Positions 57,358-64,000 of a stretch of 64,000 nucleotides of DNA are shown here, piece after piece. The DNA comes from Podospora anserina (lineage: Eukaryota). The stretch is from assembly GCA_017654855.1 (NCBI GenBank), contig CM030332.1, positions 4,340,001 to 4,404,000 of the forward strand. The letters run 5' to 3'. The notes below the pieces were generated by a model. The model was not told the origin of the DNA, made no database searches, and was given only the letters and a program-made list of their open reading frames with translations. Every line of letters begins with the position of its first letter. The stretch's first letter is position 1. Made by a program: the position numbers and the translations under genes.

Positions 57358-57836
57358 CTTGAATTGGGGCTGCAAAAACAAATTTGGGTATCACGAGTGC
57401 GCTTTTCAGTGTAAATGAACGGAGACATGAAGAGTAGAAAATGAAGCCGCCTTGACTTCCCCGCACAGCTAGCTACCCACTCGCTATTCTTTGAGATGCT
57501 AATGCCAATGGTGGTAAATTGTGGGGGCATTTGGAGTAGGATCAACATAGTCTACGGTGTCATACTCACACATCCAGAACTAATTCAGCATTAGTTTGCC
57601 ACATCCTGTTGAAGAAATTGTCCTGATCGTTTTATTGTTATCATCGCTGCCCCTTTCGCAAGCGGTGCGAGAACGTCTGCTCTCTACCTGGGAATCAAAA
57701 CGAACCAAACGCCAACCAACCAGATGCTCCCAACCCACACGTTGCATTACCTCTTACATCAATAGACCGCCAACTTGACAAAGCTCTGCGCTCAAAAACA
57801 CATCCCTTATTGGATGTCATTTCTATCAGTCTCCCC

Positions 57837-60800
57837 TCATGGCTTGATAGACCAAAGCTCCCTCGACCTATGAACAGTTAGCATGAGACCTACAGATCGA
57901 AACACTGCGGGAAGCAGAACAGAGGAGAACATACCATCCAAGCTCGCGGTGTTTTTTGCTGCTCTTGCCTTTGCTCTCAGCCGTAGACACAGCCAGCGCC
58001 TTGCTGCATGCTGCAAAAGACTCTAGAAGCTCCTTCATCCTCCCAGACTTGATGAACTCCTGAGCTATGTTTGAGTCCTTCTCGGCAATCAGAGCAGCCA
58101 AGTCCATGCATTCCATGAAGTTGTCGCGCGAAACGGCGCCGCCGGCAAAATGGAGGGTGCTGATGTATGCGATAACTGTCTCGGGAATATAGGCCTCGCG
58201 GAGGTCCTGAAAGTCGTTGTCGACTTCATTGCTGACCATCAACCAGTTGTTCAGCACCGGCTGCATACAGTTCTTAACATTGCGCACGTCGCTAACGGCC
58301 TGAGTCCACATTTCGCGCGCAGGGGGGTGGGATGGACTATAGTGATCATAGTTAGCAAGGTCGGTGTTGCATCAATAGTAGACGTGGGCTGGGTACATAC
58401 TCTCTGCTGAGACCAGCCATGGAAGCCAATGTCTCCATTGAGTCCAGTGCTCGGACGAGACATTCAAGTTCCCATAGGTTTCTGACAACATTCAGAAGCC
58501 TGTCTCTGCTGACGCCACACTCTTGAAGGAAGGCTTCACTGAAATCGTGATTAGCGACCTCATCAAACCACCCGTGGGCATCATCTTGGTTTTGGTCCAC
58601 AAAGGTGATGAACGTCAACTTCTCCATGGCGATGTATCGCCCGGAAACACGGACGCTGAGGGCGCGGGCAGCACGCAAGTCGGCCCGTTCTACGGAGGGT
58701 TAATATCCATTTGCGCAACTGAAAATTAGTGGAGGAATAACTTACTCAAGAAGTACTTGTAAACCCGGATGGCGTAGGTGCATGTCTCCAAGAACAGCCC
58801 CGGGACCATTATGAGCCACTCCAGAGTGCGGATGAGTTCTTCGCTTTCTCCCTCCATGTCGTTGGAGTCATCCCCGATGAAATCCGGTCGAACAATTCTA
58901 CCATATTTCAGCGTGGCCGGCCCCTCTTCCAGAATCTTGAAGTGACCCTTTACATCGCATCGAACCGACTTGTCGTTGACATCGTTCAGGTAGATAAGGG
59001 GCAACTTTCGACCAAACTCCTTTATGTCGACTCCCAACTTGGTCATGATGATCAGCTGGTGCTCACGGGGTTCATCGCCCACAATGTGAATGAGATTTCT
59101 GCCTAGCACCTCGTATAGACGGTCCTCGTGGAGTTTGGAGCAGTACAGGGGAACAAGCTCCTCAAGGTTGGCGAGTCGAAGGTAGCTGACGTAGGAGGTA
59201 AGAATGTTCTCCTGGGCGTGACGAATTGCCTTGTGGCCGCTTTCTTTCTTGGAGTCACTGAGCCTATCCAGGGTGTTGACGATGATGAGGACATGAGCCA
59301 ATGTCCTCAACCCGTCGTAATCGCCCAGCCCAACGTACTTCTTTTCGTTGATGTGCTCCGAAATGGGGAAGTTGATCTCTGGGATCAGCTTTGACTTTGC
59401 CCTGGCATTCGCCTTCTTGGAAAGCACAACACCTTGATGGAATAGATACCGGCCCAGGTCGTTGGCAACAATGGCGGCTTGGAGCGACTTGGAAGTCCCC
59501 AGAGCCTCGTTGCTAGTCTTCGGATCGTTCTCCAAACTGGCCACGAGGCGCTTCGCAACTGTGACCGGCTCACCGTGGTAAACAACAGCGTTGAAGGCCG
59601 GAAAACGCGCAGCAATCTCTACCAAGTCCTTGCCGCCCTTCTTCATCAAGAAAATGTCGAACTGTGTCCTGAGAAGAGCGTTGTAGTGGGTGAAAAGCTT
59701 ATCATCCCACGATTTGCACACCTTGTCAACGCTCTCAAGATCGCCAGCAAGAAGTCCATAGACGGCCCGATCGTATTCGCTTGTTCCCCCATCATGAGCA
59801 GCTGCATAGCACATCCTTCTCCAGAGCACGAGCGAGCCTGGCTCAAAGTCAAATTGTTCTTCATCTTGGGGATTTGAAAGTGGCAGCGGCGCGATTGTAG
59901 CTGCTCTCCACAGTTCCGTCCTCTCTGCGCACCAGTCCCGTATCTCAGACATGGAGTACCCCCGGCGTAGCATCTCAAAGCATCCCAGCCAGATGGCCCG
60001 CTCGAAGAACTCGTCCTGCGGCTCTAACTTTCGGCCTTGGCGTGTGACGGCGTCTGGATCGAGCTGGGTAACGAGAATATTTGAGCCAAGGTGGGATTGG
60101 GAAGTGGCAGCATTAGGGTCAAGCACACCCTGGTACCCATTGACACTCTTCTGTAGCTTGATCTTGTGGCGTGTATGAAGCCAGCCATGTGCCAGGATGT
60201 CGCCCCTCTCGGCGTTGTGCTGGAGCTCGCTGACAACCACATCGACTGGTGGTCCGTGAGTGGCGCTGTTCTGCAACCACTCCAACACGATCTTCCTCTC
60301 TCTGGCCACAGAGTCAGTGATCAGAAACTCCTCCCACCATTCTCTCCGCGACTGGGGCACCGGATTCCTGCCGTTCTTTTCCTCGACGAGCTCTGAATCT
60401 TGGTAACGGAAAGGCAGTATGCGCCGTAAGAGATCCCAGGTTTGTGCCTCCTCCTCTGCCCGTCGCACCTCCTCAGCGCTGACAGAAAAATGGCCTTCTT
60501 CAACTTCGTCCACATCCATATCCACCGAGCCTGGTCTTTGCCAAACAGCGCCCCGATTTCGTCCTCCCGCCTGACTTGCTTGCAACCTGTCTACTCTGTT
60601 CCGTGCATAGTTGTAGTAGGAATCGAGCAGTTTGAAGATTTGTTCGCGTTTCTCAGAGTTCGACCTGCCTCTCAGATCGGTGTTGTAGCGGTCCAGTTCA
60701 GCAGCGAAGAAATCGACGTCGTTCCCGACTCGGACGGTGCTATGGCGGTAGGTAGACTCGAGGTCGGTCATTTCGCGGTGTGACGGTTCTGCGCACTCAA

Positions 60801-60982
60801 GTTAGATGAAACACAGGAATTGCATCATGGAGAAGGGTTCTGACCTCGAAGTCGACTCTCCGAGCTAGCCCGGGAGCTTTCCTGGGAGATGGATGGAAAA
60901 TTCTATCGAGCGGGTGCTGTCAGCAACGTTTCAACCAGCTCGAGATTGAACACATGGAATTGCTCACAAATCCAGGCGCCAT
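57837..60982 (-). CDS. NUP84: Nucleoporin Nup84/Nup107
   Basis: EAQTWDLL, VLEWL, GWLHT, VTQLDPDAVTRQ, LWRRMC, YDRAVYGLLAGD, YIPE motifs; multi-exon, start exon ATG GCG CCT GGA TTT|GTGAG. Confidence 0.9.
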
Positions 60983-61713
60983 GACGCCGATGGGATAATG
61001 AAGTTGAAATAATACAACGCAAGAGTCTCTGATTCACACAGTCTTGCCCAGTCTGCGAATGGCCGTGGCTTCGTCTTACTGTGGTCTGTTGGGAGCAGTG
61101 AGGTGGATCTTGCGCAAACAGTCTGAAAGTCTATTGCATCGTATGCTCAATGTTGGGCGTTGACTGAATTTTCTGTTCAGCGCCGGGGTCAATTGGTGGT
61201 TTCGGAGAGATTGGCGGCAGTAATGTGTTGGTAATCTACCTATCTCCCTGGAGGGTGGGTATCGATGGTGGTGGTCCTTTGAGCTGTTGGACGCGGTCGC
61301 GTCAATGCCGTTCGAAAAATCGGGCTTGAGAGCAGCGTCGAAGCCCTGGAGAGTGAGCTCCCCGGTTATTAGACTGCCAAGCTTCTTGAGCCAGACTCTC
61401 AGTATAAGCACGGACCGTACAGGGGCTCTAGCTTCGCGCTCGCCCTGGGCCCCACCCAACTCAGCGAACTAGAAAAAGCTTTTGCGATTAGAAAATTTTG
61501 GACTTTTCCTCTTTTCTTCTTCATGTCTTTGGCATTCGTCTTAGAGTCTCGGAACAAGGCCTCAGTTCTTGTTCAGGTCCACGCGGCCTCTCGCGCGCTC
61601 AACGATCGCCTAGAGTAAATATGCACTCTCCTCATAAGTTACCTGCACCTTCACAGGGCGTTCAGGTGGACGCATTGGATGTGTGATACATTTTGATATC
61701 TTGACCATTTGTA

Positions 61714-62147
61714 TTATTGCTTCGCCTTCTCCCTCTGCTCCATCTTCAGCCTCAACAAGCTCGCCTTCGGGCAGCTAACCGTGGTTGCCTCGTCGCCGTT
61801 CTTTTTGTAGAATGCCTGGCAACATTCGTAGAGGGCATCGACATATCTTGTACACTTGGCTTCGTCAAATCCATTCCGCGTCAAACAATCTGTGATGCCT
61901 GTGAGCTACAATGGTTTACTGGGCCGTGAGCCTCAACTACACGTTACATAGCCTGCTCACTTTGTATGGCGCACTGGTTTTTAGTCAGCATATGTCCTCT
62001 TTCAACCACTCCCATGTGATGGGAGGGTCAGACGTACCGCGCGTGGGTGGCATGGAGGATCAGTTTGGAGATCTCTTTCAAGCGCCTGCAGTTTGGAACG
62101 TCAACATCCGCCTTTCTAGAATTTCGAGAGTAAGGCAGCCCGACCAT
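61714..62147 (-). CDS. CMC4: Twin Cx9C mitochondrial intermembrane-space protein Cmc4 (MTCP1-like)
   Basis: Spliced: M|ALERDLQTDPPCHPRA|CAIQ|NCLTRNGFDEAKCTRYVDALYECCQAFYKKNGDEATTVSCPKASLLRLKMEQREKAKQ*; absent from ORF track. Confidence 0.88.
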
Positions 62148-63039
62148 CTTAAGAGATATGGCGCCGTGTTCGCAGGGCTATAAGGGTTTGGTATTCAAAG
62201 AACGCTTCAGGTGTTCGGGGTAGGGTTGCCAGTTTGGCGAACAGCATCAGCGTGGTTCCTAATCCTTAAGTAGAGTGGAAACAATGATGTCAGGATCCCT
62301 GTCATAAATCAAAGAGCCGCTAGCTGTCCGCTGTGAGACAGCGGACCATGGCACTTTGGGAACCGTATGTAGAGCCCCCAACTCGCCGATCCCTTCTGGA
62401 TTATTGTACTGCTGGAGAGTTTTTCTGCTTGAATAAAAAGCCCCTACTAGGTAGGGTTGATGTTATGTCTTGCTTGGGCTTTCCTTCCCGCCCGTCAGTT
62501 AACCCCAAAACCTTAATTCAACTTGAGCCCCACCAAGCCTCTGCCTAGCTGCAACAACCGCCCCGCGCAAACGAACCGCCACATCCCACCTTTTGTCGCC
62601 AGCGTCAGTTCACAGTGCAGCTTTCCGATTACTTCCTCTCCTCCACAGTACTCATCTCCCCCTTCGTCCAAACCATCGATCACTGAAAGGTTCACATCCC
62701 CTAGGTGAATCCCAAATCGGCCGCGACACTCCGCTCAGGTACGTCGTAAGCGCTTCCTCTGCCCCTCCATCCCGTAGGCGACTTCGCGCCCAGGGCAGCT
62801 CCCGTTCCTCTCCAGGCACAGGCACAGGCACCCCTAGGCACGCGCGCTTCCCATCTCCCGAAGTCGCCCATTATCTGCAACTCGCCCCTCCGAGCAGCCT
62901 ACTTCTCCTCCACTCACTTCCACACAATCCGAGTTGCCACAGCCCAACAAAGACATTTTTCGAATCAAGAAGGGCTAATTTCCCACGCTCACAGCTCACC
63001 TTCTCACCGACGACAACCAACCCCTCTCAAGAATTCGCA

Positions 63040-63454
63040 ATGGCCGACGCTGCGGAGAACGGTTCCCCTGGCCAGGGCCCCGATGTCCCCCAGGGTGGCA
63101 GCGAGCACCTCAACATCAAGGTGACCGACAACAACAACGAGGTCTTCTTCAAGATCAAACGAAGCACCAAGCTGGAGAAGCTGATGACTGCCTTCTGCGA
63201 ACGCCAGGGTAAGACCATCCAGTCGGTCAGGTTTCTCTTCGAAGGCCAGCGTGTCCAACCTTCCGACACCCCAGATACGGTATGTTTGTTTGCCCCTGGA
63301 CGCTTCAGGCTTTTCATGCTCTTCGTCCATTGCAGTTATACTTGGGGCAGGGCAGTTCACTAATCGATTTGGTCTACGTTGGTTTTAGCTCGAAATGCAG
63401 GATGGGGACACTCTCGAGGTTCACCAGGAACAAGTCGGTGGTGGTGGTCTCTAG
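63040..63454 (+). CDS. SMT3: SUMO (ubiquitin-like protein Smt3)
   Basis: HLNIKVTDNNNEVFFKIKRSTKLEKLM..VRFLFEGQRV..; intron 63280-63388; LEVHQEQVGG-GGL*. Confidence 0.96.
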
Positions 63455-64000
63455 ACATTCAAGAAAGCCTTTCTTCCCCGATCCTTTTGGGATTGTGGGG
63501 CACTGCAAACTGGGAAAATCGTCTGGACATGTCTTGACCTCATATAAGTGGGCGGTAGATTTCCATGATGAGTCAGCGGAGCGAAGGAGAGCATTGGCAT
63601 TCATGGCTTAACAGTGGTCACAGTCGTTGGTGCACAGGCACAGTACCAATGAGGTGGGAACAAGTCAACATCGGATGGGATGGATGGTGTTATCTTGGGC
63701 GGCCCGGTCTTGATGAAGGCAGAGATGATTGTCATCTCTGGCTATTGCGATGTTCTTTTTGCCAGTGGAAGGATTCTGATTCTGGCGCATTTCGGGGCGT
63801 AGTACTATGACACAATTTACGGAAAGTCAACTTTGCAATAATTCTGATCTTTTTGCTGCTGATTTTGTGACTGCAAAGTTCTGCTTGTGCAGTACAACAA
63901 TCGCCTTGCTCCTCCTGAATGTAAAAGTGAGAAAGAATTCATGTTGGCGATTTTGCAAAGTCAATAACGCCAGATCTAGGGACAGACTTTGATTTATTAT

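Noticed and set aside
61340..61450. GAGCTCCCCGG...AGGGGCTC pairing reminiscent of RNase MRP conserved regions
   Set aside because: Spacing too short and other conserved elements not seen; needs an Infernal/Rfam search

Overview
Gene-dense euchromatic window from a filamentous ascomycete. Short GT-AG introns with CTRAC branch sites and the gene content point to Sordariomycetes; Podospora-like is my inference and is not proven. About 20 spliced protein genes are supported: Mph1/FANCM helicase, ACE1/SltA C2H2 factor, an intronless bacterial-style MarR-GNAT fusion, RidA/Mmf1, PMT4, a P450, a Myb protein, an ABCC transporter, an SDR, a PTH11-like membrane protein, a CVNH-like secreted protein, an MBD4-like glycosylase, cytochrome c1, DAHP synthase, FAR-17a/AIG1, a WD40 cyclophilin, an FMN hydroxy-acid oxidase, Nup84, CMC4 (missed by the ORF track) and SUMO. 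The unusual part is an accessory island at about 28.5-34.2 kb. It holds a nearly G-free diverged satellite, an interrupted Cys/His-domain gene with two in-frame stops, inverted 21-bp minisatellite arrays, and a 267-bp MITE with perfect CAC...GTG TIRs and a 5-bp TSD (Transib-like geometry). I found no tRNA, rRNA or CRISPR array. Exon boundaries were read by eye and family calls come from recognised motifs, not database searches. I cannot claim a new biological system; the island and the MarR-GNAT gene are the best leads.
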